Source: Eledone cirrhosa (taxonomy: Eukaryota). From it: a stretch of DNA of 64,000 nucleotides. Each line of letters begins with the position of its first letter. Position 1 is the stretch's first letter. The position numbers were made by a program, and so were the translations under genes. The stretch covers positions 142,414,001 to 142,478,000 of the forward strand of contig OZ024740.1 in the NCBI GenBank assembly GCA_964016885.1, read 5' to 3'. The notes beneath the pieces are model-generated. The model searched no databases. It saw nothing but the letters and a program-made list of their open reading frames with translations, and was not told the origin of the DNA. Positions 28,301 through 45,200 of this stretch are shown piece by piece.

Positions 28301-31300
28301 ATCAACAACATCACCATCAACAACACCACCATCAACAACACCACCATCAACAACATCACCATCAACAACATCACCATCAACAACACCACCATCAATAACA
28401 CCACCATCAATATCATCACCATCAACAACATCACCATCAACAACACCACCATCAACAACACCACCATCAAGAACATCACCATCAACAACACCACCATCAA
28501 CAACATCACCGTCAACAACATCACCATCAACAACATCACCATCAACAACACCACCATCAACAACACCACCATCAAGAACATCACCATCAACAACACCACC
28601 ATCAACAACATCACCGTCAACAACATCACCATCAACAACATCACCATCAACAACTACACCATCAACAACTACACCATCAACAACACCACCATCAACAACA
28701 GCACCATCAACAACATCACCATCAACAACATCACCATCAACAACTACACCATCAACAACTACACCATCAACAACACCACCATCAACAACATCACCATCAA
28801 CAACACCACCATCAACAACACCACCATCAACAACACCACCATCAACAACATCACCATCAACAACACCACCATCAAAAACATCACCATCAACAACACAACC
28901 ATCAACAACATCACCATCAACAACATCACGATCATCAACACCACCATCAACAACATCACCATCAACAACATCATCATCAACAACACCACCATCAAAAACA
29001 TCACCATCAACAACACCACCATCAACAACATCACAATCAACAACATCACCATCAACAACACCACCATCAACAACATCACCATTAGCAACACCACCATCAA
29101 CAACATCACCATCAACAACATCACCATCATCAACACCGCCATCAACAACACCACCATCAACAACACCACCATCAACAACATCACCATCAACAACACCACC
29201 ATCAACACCACCAACATCAACAACATCACCATTAACAACAACATCAACAACATCACCATCAACAACAGCACCATCAACAACATCACCATCAACAACACCA
29301 CCATCAACAACACCTCCATCAACAACACCACCAACAACAAGACCACCATCAACAACACCATCATCAACAACATCACCATCAACAACATCACCATCAACAA
29401 CACCACCATCAACAACATCAACATCAACAACACCACCATCAACAACACCACCATCAACAAAATCACCATCAACAACATCACCATCAACAACATCACCGTT
29501 ATCAACACCACCATCAACAACATCACCATCAACAACATCACCGTTATCAACACCACCATCAACAACATCACCATCAACAACACCACCATCAACAACATCA
29601 CCATCAACAACATCACCATCATCAACACCACCATCAACAACATCACCATCAACAACATCACCATCAACAACATCACCATCAACAACACCACCATCAACAA
29701 CATCACCATCAACAACATCACCATCAACAACATCACCATCAACAACACCACCATCAACAACACCACCATCAACAACATCACCATCAACAACATCACCATC
29801 AACAACACCACCATCAACAACACCACCATCAACAACACCTCCATCAACAACACCACCATCAACAAAATCACCATCAACAACACCACCATCAACAACACCA
29901 CCATCAACACCACCAACATCAACAACATCACCATTAACAACAACTTCAACAACATCACCATCAACAACACCAACATCAACAACATCAACAACACCACCAT
30001 CAACAACACCACCATCAACAACACCACCATCAACGACACCACCATCAATAACATCACCAACAACAACACCAACATCAACAACATCAACAGCACCACCATC
30101 ATCAACACCACCATCAACAACACCACCATCAACAACACCACCATCAACAACATCACCATCAACAACACCACCATCAACAACACCACCATCAACAACATCA
30201 CCATTAACAATAACATCAAGAACACCACCATCAACAAAATCACCATCAACAACATCACCATCAACAACACCACCATCAACAACACCACCATCAACAACAT
30301 CACCATCAACAACATCACCATCAACAACACCACCATCAACAACACCACCATCAACAACACCTCCATCAACAACACCACCATCAACAAAATCACCATCAAC
30401 AACACCACCATCAACAACACCACCATCAACACCACCAACATCAACAACATCACCATTAACAACAAGTTCAACAACATCACCATCAACAACACCAACATCA
30501 ACAACATCAACAACATCACCATCAACAACACCACCATCAACGACACCACCATCAATAACATCACCATCAACAACACCAACATCAACAACATCAACATCAT
30601 CACCATCATCAACACCACCATCAACAACACCACCATCAACAACACCACCATCAACAACATCACCATCAACAACACCACCATCAACAACACCACCATCAAC
30701 AACATCACCATTAACAATAACATCAACAACACCACCATCAACAACATCACCATCAACAACATCACCATCAACAACATCACCATCAACAACACCACCATCA
30801 ACAACATCACCATCAACAACAACACCATCAACAACACCACCATCAACAACACTACCATCAACAACACCACCATGAACAACACCACCATCAACAACACCAC
30901 CATCAACAACACCACCATCAACACCGCCATCAACAACACCACCATCAACAACACCACCATCAACAACACCACCATCAACAACATCTCCAACAACAACATC
31001 ACCATCAACAACATCACCATCAACAACACCACCATCAACAACAACAATATCAACAACACCACCATCAACAACACCACCATCAACAACATCACCATCAACA
31101 ACATCACCATCAACAACATCACCATCAACAACACCACCATCAACAACAACAACATCAACAACACCACCATCAACAACATCAACAACATCACCATCAACAA
31201 CACCACCATCAACAACACCACCATCAACAACACCACCATCAACAACACCACCATCAACAACTTCACCATCAACAACACCACCATCAACAACACCACCATC

Positions 31301-33779
31301 AACAACAACATCATCAACATCACCATCAACAACACCACCATCAACAACATCACCATCAGCAACACCAACATCAACAACATCACCATTAACAACAACACCA
31401 TCAACACCACCAACATCAACAACATCACCATTAACAACAACATCAACAACATCACCATGAACAACACCACCATCAACAACATCACCATCAACGACACTAC
31501 CATCAACAACACCACCATCAACAACATCACCATCAACAACACCACCATCAACAACATCACCATCAACAACACCACCATCAACAACACCACCATTAACAAC
31601 ATCACCATCAACAACATCACCATCAACAACATCACCATCAACAACATCACCATCAACACCACCAACATCAACAACACCACCATCAACAACACTAAAATCA
31701 ACAACATCACCATCAACAACATCACCATCATCAACACCACCATCAACAACACCACCATCAACAACACCACCATCAACAACACCACCAACAACAACACAAC
31801 CATCAACAACACCACCATCAACAACACCACCATCAACAACACCACCATCAACACCACCACCATCAACAACATCACCATCAACAACACCACCATCAACAAC
31901 ACCACCATCAACAACACCACCATTAACAACATCACCATCAACAACATCACCATCAACAACATCACCATCATCAACACCACCATCAACAACATCACCATCA
32001 ACAACATCACCATCAACACCACCAACATCAACAACACCACCATCAACAACACTAAAATCAACAACATCACCATCAACAACATCACCATCATCAACACCAC
32101 CATCAACAACACCACCATCAACAACACCACCATCAACAACACCACCAACAACAACACAACCATCAACAACACCACCATCAACAACACCACCATCAACAAC
32201 ACCACCATCAACACCACCACCATCAACAACATCACCATCAACAACACCACCATCAACAACACCACCATCAACAACACCACCAACAACAACATCACCATCA
32301 ACAACACCACCATCAACAACACCACCATCAACAACATCACCATCAACACCACCAACATCAACAACATCACCATTAACAACAACATCCAAAACATCACCAT
32401 CAACAACACCACCATCAACAACATCACCATCAACACCACCAATATCAACAACATCACCATTAACAACAACATCAACAACATCACCATCAACAACATCACC
32501 ATCAACAACACCGTCATCTACAACACCACCATCAACAACATCACCATCAACAACACCACCATCAACAACATCACCATCAACAACACTACCATCAACAACA
32601 CCACCATCAACAACATCAAGATCAACACCACCAACATCAACAACATCACCATTAACAACAACATCAAAAACATCACCATCAACAACACCACCATCAACAA
32701 CATCACCATCAACACCACCAACATCAACAACATCACCATTAACAACAACATCAAAAACATCACCATCAACAACACCACTATCAACAACATCACCATCATC
32801 AACTCCAACATCAACAACACCACCATCAACAACACCACCATCAACACCACCAACATCAACAACATCACCATTAACAACAACATCAACAACACCACCATCA
32901 ACAACATCACCATCAACAACATCACAATCAACAACACCACCATCAACAACATCACCATCAACAACATCACCATCAACAACACCACTATCAACAACATCAC
33001 CATCATCAACTCCAACATCAACAACACCAGCATCAACAACATCACCATCAACAACACCACCATCAACAACACCACCATCAACAACACCACCATCAACACC
33101 ACCAACATCAACAACATCACCATTAACAACAACATCAACAACATCACCATCAACAACACCACCATCAACAACACCACCATCAAGAACATCACCATCAACA
33201 ACATCACCATCAACAATATGACCATCAACAACACCACCATCAACAACAGCTCCATCAACAACACCACCATCAACAACATCACCATTAACAACAACATCAA
33301 AAACATCACCATCAACAACACCACCATCAACAACATCACCATCAACACCACCAACATCAGCAACATCACCATTAACAACAACATCAACAACATCACCATC
33401 AACAACATCACCATCAACAACACCATCATCAACAACACCACCATCAACAACATCACCATCAACAACACCACCATCAACAACACCAGCATCAACAACATCA
33501 CCATCAACAACACCACAATCAACAACATCACCATCATCAACTCCAACATCAACAACACCAGCATCAACAACACCACCATCAACAACATCACCATCAACAA
33601 CACCACAATCAACAACATCACCATCAACAACACCACCATCAACAACATCACCATCAACAACACCACCATCAACAACACCACCATCAACAACACCACCATC
33701 AACACCACCAACATCAACAACATCACCATTAACAACAACATCAACAACATCACCATCAACGACACCACCATCAACAACA

Positions 33780-36700
33780 CCACCATCAAGAACATCACCA
33801 TCAACAACATCACCATCAACAATATGACCATCAACAACACCACCAGCAACAATATGACCATCAACAACACCACCATCAACAACATCACCATCAACAACTA
33901 CACCATCAACAACTACACCATCAACAACACCACCATCAACAACATCACCATCAACAACACCACCATCAACAACACCACCATCAACAACACCACCATCAAC
34001 AACATCACCATCAACAACACCACCATCAAAAACATCACCATCAACAACACAATCATCAACAACATCACCATCAACAACATCACCATCATCAACACCACCA
34101 TCAACAACATCACCATCAACAACATCACCATCAACAACACCACCATCAAAAACATCACCATCAACAACACCACCATTAACAACACCACCATCAACAAAAT
34201 CACCATCAACAACACCACCATCAACAACACCACCATCAACAACATCACCATCAACAACACCACCATCAACAACATCACCATCAACAACGCCACCATCAAC
34301 AACATCACAATCAACAACATCACCATCAACAACACCACCATCAACAACATCACCATTAACAACACCACCATCAACAACATCACCATCAACAACATCACCA
34401 TCATCAACACCACCATCAACAACATCACAATCAACAACACCACCATCAACAACATCACCATCAACCACACCACCATCAAAAACATCACCATCAACAACAC
34501 AACCATCAACAACATCACCATCAACAACACCACCATCAACACCACCAACATCAACAACACCACCATCAACAACACCACTATCAACAACACCACCATCAAC
34601 AACACCACCATCAACAACACCACCATCAACAACACCACCATCAACAACATCACCATCAACAACACCACCATCAACACCACCAACATCAACAACATCACCA
34701 TCAACAACTTCACCATCAACAACACCACCATCAACAACATCACCATCAACAACACCACCATCAACAACATCACCATCAACAACACCACCATCAACAACAC
34801 CACCATCAACAACACCACCATCAACAACATCACCATCAACAACATCACCATCAACAACACCACCATCAACAACACCACCATCAACAACACCACCATCAAC
34901 AACACCACCATCAACAACACCACCATCAACAACACCACCATCAACACCACCACCATCAACAACATCACCATCAACAACACCACCATCAACAACACCACCA
35001 TCAACAACATCAGCATCAACAACATCACCATCATCAACACCACCATCAACAACATCACCATCAACAACACCACCATCAACAACACCACCATCAACAACAT
35101 CACCATCAACAACATCACCATCATCAACACCACCACCAACAACATCACCATCAACAACATCACCATCATCAACACCACCATCAACAACACCACCATCAAC
35201 AACACCACCATCAAAAACATCACCATCAACAACTTCACCATCAACAACATCACCATCAACAGAACCACCATCAACAACATCACCATCAACAACATCACCA
35301 TCAACAACATCACCATCAACAACACCACCATCAACACCACCAACATCAACAACACCACCATCAACAACACCACTATCAACAACACCACCATCAACAACAC
35401 CACCATCAACAACACCACCATCAACAACACCACCATCAACAACATCACCATCAACAACACCACCATCAACACCACCAACATCAACAACATCACCATTAAC
35501 AACAACATCAACAACATCACCATCAACAACACCACCATCAACAACATCACCATCAACAACACCACCATCAACAACACCACCATCAACAACATCACCATCA
35601 ACACCACCACCATCAACAACATCACCATCAACAACACCACCATCAACAACATCACCATCAACAACACCACCATCAACAACACCACCATCAACAACACCAC
35701 CATCAACAACACCACCATCAAGAACATCACCATCAACAACATCACCATCAACAATATGACCATCAACAACACCACCAGCAACAATATGACCATCAACAAC
35801 ACCACCATCAACAACATCACCATCAACAACTACACCATCAACAACTACACCATCAACAACACCACCATCAACAACATCACCATCAACAACACCACCATCA
35901 ACAACACCACCATCAACAACACCACCATCAACAACATCACCATCAACAACACCACCATCAAAAACATCACCATCAACAACACAATCATCAACAACATCAC
36001 CATCAACAACATCACCATCATCAACACCACCATCAACAACATCACCATCAACAACATCACCATCAACAACACCACCATCAAAAACATCACCATCAACAAC
36101 ACCACCATTAACAACACCACCATCAACAAAATCACCATCAACAACACCACCATCAACAACACCACCATCAACAACATCACCATCAACAACACCACCATCA
36201 ACAACATCACCATCAACAACGCCACCATCAACAACATCACAATCAACAACATCACCATCAACAACACCACCATCAACAACATCACCATTAACAACACCAC
36301 CATCAACAACATCACCATCAACAACATCACCATCATCAACACCACCATCAACAACATCACAATCAACAACACCACCATCAACAACATCACCATCAACCAC
36401 ACCACCATCAAAAACATCACCATCAACAACACAACCATCAACAACATCACCATCAACAACACCACCATCAACACCACCAACATCAACAACACCACCATCA
36501 ACAACACCACTATCAACAACACCACCATCAACAACACCACCATCAACAACACCACCATCAACAACACCACCATCAACAACATCACCATCAACAACACCAC
36601 CATCAACACCACCAACATCAACAACATCACCATCAACAACTTCACCATCAACAACACCACCATCAACAACATCACCATCAACAACACCACCATCAACAAC

Positions 36701-37640
36701 ATCACCATCAACAACACCACCATCAACAACACCACCATCAACAACACCACCATCAACAACATCACCATCAACAACATCACCATCAACAACACCACCATCA
36801 ACAACACCACCATCAACAACACCACCATCAACAACACCACCATCAACAACACCACCATCAACAACACCACCATCAACACCACCACCATCAACAACATCAC
36901 CATCAACAACACCACCATCAACAACACCACCATCAACAACATCACCATCAACAACATCACCATCATCAACACCACCATCAACAACATCACCATCAACAAC
37001 ACCACCATCAACAACACCACCATCAACAACATCACCATCAACAACATCACCATCATCAACACCACCACCAACAACATCACCATCAACAACATCACCATCA
37101 TCAACACCACCATCAACAACACCACCATCAACAACACCACCATCAAAAACATCACCATCAACAACTTCACCATCAACAACATCACCATCAACAGAACCAC
37201 CATCAACAACATCACCATCAACAACATCACCATCAACAACATCACCATCAACAACACCACCATCAACACCACCAACATCAACAACACCACCATCAACAAC
37301 ACCACTATCAACAACACCACCATCAACAACACCACCATCAACAACACCACCATCAACAACACCACCATCAACAACATCACCATCAACAACACCACCATCA
37401 ACACCACCAACATCAACAACATCACCATTAACAACAACATCAACAACATCACCATCAACAACACCACCATCAACAACATCACCATCAACAACACCACCAT
37501 CAACAACACCACCATCAACAACATCACCATCAACACCACCACCATCAACAACATCACCATCAACAACACCACCATCAACAACATCACCATCAACAACACC
37601 ACCATCAACAACACCACCATCAACAACACCACCATCAACA
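33780..37640. repeat. 1932-bp higher-order tandem duplication
   Basis: CAACCAC at 34462 and 36394. ACAGAACC has its G at 35262 and 37194. Paired AACTAC markers at ~33898 and ~35830. Confidence 0.85.
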
Positions 37641-40600
37641 ACACCACCATCAACAACATCACCATCAACAACACCACCATCAACAACATCACCATCAACA
37701 ACATCACCATCAACACCACCAACATCAACAACATCACCATCAACAACACCACCATCAACAACATCACCATCAACAACACCACCATCAACAACATCACCAT
37801 CAACAACACCACCATCAACAACATCACCATCAACTATATGAACATCAACAACACCACCATCAACAAAATCACCATTAACAACATCACCATCAACAACACC
37901 ACCATCAACAACATCACCATCAACTATATGAACATCAACAACACCACTATCAACATCATCACCATTAACAACATCACCATCAACAACATCACCATCAACA
38001 ACATCACCATCAACAACAGCACCATCAACAACATCACCATCAACAACACCACCATCAACAACATCACCATCAACTATATGAACATCAACAACACCACCAT
38101 CAACAAAATCACCATTAACAACATCACCATCAACAACATCACCATCAACAACAGCACCATCAACAACATCACCATCAACAACACCACCATCAACAACATC
38201 ACCATCAACTATATGAACATCAACAACACCACCATCAACAACATCACCATCAACAACATCACCATCAACAACAGCACCATCAACAACATCACCATCAACA
38301 ACACCACCATCAACAACATCACCATCAACTATATGAACATCAACAACACCACCATCAACAACATCACCATCAACAACATCACCATCAACAACAGCACCAT
38401 CAACAACATCACCATCAACAACACCACCATCAACAACATCACCATCAACTATATGAACATCAACAACACCACCATCAACAACATCACCATCAACAACATC
38501 ACCATCAACAACAGCACCATCAACAACATCACCATCAACAACACCACCATCAACAACATCACCATCAACTATATGAACATCAACAACATCACCATCAACA
38601 AAATCACCATTAACAACACCACCATCAACAACATCACCATCAACAACATCACCATCAACAACACCACCATCAACAACATCACCATCAACTATATGAACAT
38701 CAACAACACCACCATCAACAACATCACCATCAACAACACCACCATCAACAACATCACCATCAACTATATGAACATCAACAACACCACTATCAACATCATC
38801 ACCATTAACAACATCACCATCAACAACACCACCATCAACAACATCACCATCAACAACATCACCACCAACAACATCACCATCAACAACATCACCATCAACA
38901 ACACCACCATCAACAACATCACCATCAACAACACCACCATCAACAACATCACCATTAACAACATCACCATCAACAACACCACCATCAACAACATCACCAT
39001 CAACAACATCACCATCAACAACATCACCATCAACAACATCACCATCATCAACACCACCATCAACAACATCACCATCAACAACACCACCATCAACAACATT
39101 ACCATCAACAACATCACCATCATCAACACCACTATCAACAACATCACCATCAACAACATCACCATCAACAACATCACCATCAACAACACCACCTTCAACA
39201 AAATCACCATCAGCAACATCACATTCAACAACACCACCATCAGCAACATCACCATCAACAACACCACCATCAACAACACCACCATCAACAACACCACCAT
39301 CAACAACATCACCAACAACAACATCACCATCATAAACACCACTATCAACAACATCACCACCAACAACATCACCATCAACAACATCACCATCAACAACATC
39401 ACCATCAACAACATCACCATCAACAACACCACCATCAACAACATCACCATCAACAACTCCACCATCAACAACATCACCATCAACAACATCACCATCAACA
39501 ACACCACCATCAACAACATCACCATCAACAAAACCACCATCAACAACACCACCATCAACAACACCACCATCAACAACACCACCATCAACAACACCACCAT
39601 CATCAACATCAACAACACCACCATCAACAACACCACCATCAACAACACCACCATCAACAACATCACCATTAACACCACCACCATCAACAACACCACCATC
39701 AACAACACCACCATCACCAACACCACCATCAACACCACCAACATCAACAACACCACCATCAACACCACCAACATCAACAACACCACCATCAACACCACCA
39801 ACATCAACAACACCACCAACAACAACGCCACCATCAACAACACCACCATCAACAACACCACCATCAACAACACCACCATCAACAACACCACCATCAACAA
39901 CATCACCATCAACAACATCACCATCAACAACACCACCATCAACACCACCAACTTCAACAACACCACCATCAACACCACCAACATCAACAACACCACCATC
40001 AACAACACCACCATCAAAAACATCACCATCAACAACACCACCATCAACAACACCACCATCAACAACATCACCATTAACAACAACATCAACAACATCACCA
40101 TCAACAACACCAACATCAACAACATCACCATCAACAACACCACCATCAACAACACCACCATCAACAACACCACACCATCAACAACATCTCCATCAACAAC
40201 ATCACCATCAACAACACCACCATCAACAACATCACCATCAACAACATCACCATCAACAACATCACCATCAGCAACACCACCATCAACAACACCACCATCA
40301 ACAACATCACCATCAACAACATCATCAACAGCATCACCATCAACAACATCACCATCAACAACATCACCATCAACAACACCACCATCAACAACATCACCAT
40401 CAACAACATCACCATCAACAACATCACCATCAACAACACCACCATCAACAACATCACCATCAACAACACCACCATCAACAGCACCAACATCAACAACATC
40501 ACCATCAACAACACCACCATCAACAACATCACCATCAACAACATCACCATCAACAACACCACCATCAACAACATCACCATCAACAACATCACCATCAACA

Positions 40601-43600
40601 ACACCACCATCAACAACACCACCATCGACAACACCACCATCAACAACATCACCATCAACAACATCACCATCAACAACACCACCATCAACAACACCACCAT
40701 CAACAACATCATCATCAACAACACCACCATCAACAACATCACCATCAACAACACCACCATCAACAACACCACCATCAACAACACCACCATCAACAACATC
40801 ACAATCAACAACATCACCATCAACAACATCACCATCATCAACACCACTATCAACAACACCACCATCAACAACATCACCATCAACAACATCACCATCAACA
40901 ACACCACCATCAACACCACCAACATCAACAACATCACCATCAACAACTTCACCATCAACAACACCACCATCAACAACATCACCATCAACAACACCACCAT
41001 CAACAACATCACCATCAACAACACCACCATCAACAACACCACCATCAACAACACCACCATCAACAACATCACCATCAACAACATCACCATCAACAACACC
41101 ACCATCAACAACACCACCATCAACAACACCACCATCAACAACACCACCATCAACAACACCACCATCAACAACACCACCATCAACACCACCACCATCAACA
41201 ACATCACCATCAACAACACCACCATCAACAACACCACCATCAACAACATCACCATCAACAACATCACCATCATCAACACCACCATCAACAACATCACCAT
41301 CAACAACACCACCATCAACAACACCACCATCAACAACATCACCATCAACAACATCACCATCATCAACACCACCACCAACAACATCACCATCAACAACATC
41401 ACCATCATCAACACCACCATCAACAACACCACCATCAACAACACCACCATCAAAAACATCACCATCAACAACTTCACCATCAACAACATCACCATCAACA
41501 GAACCACCATCAACAACATCACCATCAACAACATCACCATCAACAACATCACCATCAACAACACCACCATCAACACCACCAACATCAACAACACCACCAT
41601 CAACAACACCACTATCAACAACACCACCATCAACAACACCACCATCAACAACACCACCATCAACAACACCACCATCAACAACATCACCATCAACAACACC
41701 ACCATCAACACCACCAACATCAACAACATCACCATTAACAACAACATCAACAACATCACCATCAACAACACCACCATCAACAACATCACCATCAACAACA
41801 CCACCATCAACAACACCACCATCAACAACATCACCATCAACACCACCACCATCAACAACATCACCATCAACAACACCACCATCAACAACATCACCATCAA
41901 CAACACCACCATCAACAACACCACCATCAACAACACCACCATCAACAACACCACCATCAACAACATCACCATCAACAACACCACCATCAACAACATCACC
42001 ATCAACAACATCACCATCAACACCACCAACATCAACAACATCACCATCAACAACACCACCATCAACAACATCACCATCAACAACACCACCATCAACAACA
42101 TCACCATCAACAACACCACCATCAACAACATCACCATCAACTATATGAACATCAACAACACCACCATCAACAAAATCACCATTAACAACATCACCATCAA
42201 CAACACCACCATCAACAACATTACCATCAACTATATGAACATCAACAACACCACTATCAACATCATCACCATTAACAACATCACCATCAACAACATCACC
42301 ATCAACAACATCACCATCAACAACAGCACCATCAACAACATCACCATCAACAACACCACCATCAACAACATCACCATCAACTATATGAACATCAACAACA
42401 CCACCATCAACAAAATCACCATTAACAACATCACCATCAACAACATCACCATCAACAACAGCACCATCAACAACATCACCATCAACAACACCACCATCAA
42501 CAACATCACCATCAACTATATGAACATCAACAACACCACCATCAACAACATCACCATCAACAACATCACCATCAACAACAGCACCATCAACAACATCACC
42601 ATCAACAACACCACCATCAACAACATCACCATCAACTATATGAACATCAACAACACCACCATCAACAACATCACCATCAACAACATCACCATCAACAACA
42701 GCACCATCAACAACATCACCATCAACAACACCACCATCAACAACATCACCATCAACTATATGAACATCAACAACACCACCATCAACAACATCACCATCAA
42801 CAACATCACCATCAACAACAGCACCATCAACAACATCACCATCAACAACACCACCATCAACAACATCACCATCAACTATATGAACATCAACAACATCACC
42901 ATCAACAAAATCACCATTAACAACACCACCATCAACAACATCACCATCAACAACATCACCATCAACAACACCACCATCAACAACATCACCATCAACTATA
43001 TGAACATCAACAACACCACCATCAACAACATCACCATCAACAACACCACCATCAACAACATCACCATCAACTATATGAACATCAACAACACCACTATCAA
43101 CATCATCACCATTAACAACATCACCATCAACAACACCACCATCAACAACATCACCATCAACAACATCACCACCAACAACATCACCATCAACAACATCACC
43201 ATCAACAACACCACCATCAACAACATCACCATCAACAACACCACCATCAACAACATCACCATTAACAACATCACCATCAACAACACCACCATCAACAACA
43301 TCACCATCAACAACATCACCATCAACAACATCACCATCAACAACATCACCATCATCAACACCACCATCAACAACATCACCATCAACAACACCACCATCAA
43401 CAACATTACCATCAACAACATCACCATCATCAACACCACTATCAACAACATCACCATCAACAACATCACCATCAACAACATCACCATCAACAACACCACC
43501 TTCAACAAAATCACCAACAGCAACATCACATTCAACAACACCACCATCAGCAACATCACCATCAACAACACCACCATCAACAACACCACCATCAACAACA

Positions 43601-45200
43601 CCACCATCAACAACATCACCAACAACAACATCACCATCATAAACACCACTATCAACAACATCACCACCAACAACATCACCATCAACAACATCACCATCAA
43701 CAACATCACCATCAACAACATCACCATCAACAACACCACCATCAACAACATCACCATCAACAACTCCACCATCAACAACATCACCATCAACAACATCACC
43801 ATCAACAACACCACCATCAACAACATCACCATCAACAAAACCACCATCAACAACACCACCATCAACAACACCACCATCAACAACACCACCATCAACAACA
43901 CCACCATCATCAACATCAACAACACCACCATCAACAACACCACCATCAACAACACCACCATCAACAACATCACCATTAACACCACCACCATCAACAACAC
44001 CACCATCAACAACACCACCATCACCAACACCACCATCAACACCACCAACATCAACAACACCACCATCAACACCACCAACATCAACAACACCACCATCAAC
44101 ACCACCAACATCAACAACACCACCAACAACAACGCCACCATCAACAACACCACCATCAACAACACCACCATCAACAACACCACCATCAACAACACCACCA
44201 TCAACAACATCACCATCAACAACATCACCATCAACAACACCACCATCAACACCACCAACTTCAACAACACCACCATCAACACCACCAACATCAACAACAC
44301 CACCATCAACAACACCACCATCAAAAACATCACCATCAACAACACCACCATCAACAACACCACCATCAACAACATCACCATTAACAACAACATCAACAAC
44401 ATCACCATCAACAACACCAACATCAACAACATCACCATCAACAACACCACCATCAACAACACCACCATCAACAACACCACACCATCAACAACATCACCAT
44501 CAACAACATCACCATCAACAACACCACCATCAACAACATCACCATCAACAACATCACCATCAACAACATCACCATCAGCAACACCACCATCAACAACACC
44601 ACCATCAACAACATCACCATCAACAACATCATCAACAGCATCACCATCAACAACATCACCATCAACAACATCACCATCAACAACACCACCATCAACAACA
44701 TCACCATCAACAACATCACCATCAACAACATCACCATCAACAACACCACCATCAACAACATCACCATCAACAACACCACCATCAACAGCACCAACATCAA
44801 CAACATCACCATCAACAACACCACCATCAACAACATCACCATCAACAACATCACCATCAACAACACCACCATCAACAACATCACCATCAACAACATCACC
44901 ATCAACAACACCACCATCAACAACACCACCATCGACAACACCACCATCAACAACATCACCATCAACAACATCACCATCAACAACACCACCATCAACAACA
45001 CCACCATCAACAACATCATCATCAACAACACCACCATCAACAACATCACCATCAACAACACCACCATCAACAACACCACCATCAACAACACCACCATCAA
45101 CAACATCACAATCAACAACATCACCATCAACAACATCACCATCATCAACACCACTATCAACAACATCACCATCAACAACATCACCATCAACAACATCACC
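36590..45200. repeat. 4307-bp higher-order tandem duplication
   Basis: AACTTC at 36641 and 40948. ACAGAACC at 37194 and 41501. ACTATATGAAC clusters start at ~37833 and ~42140. The ORF-track pair 38764..40173 and 43071..44480 is offset by 4307. Confidence 0.9.
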
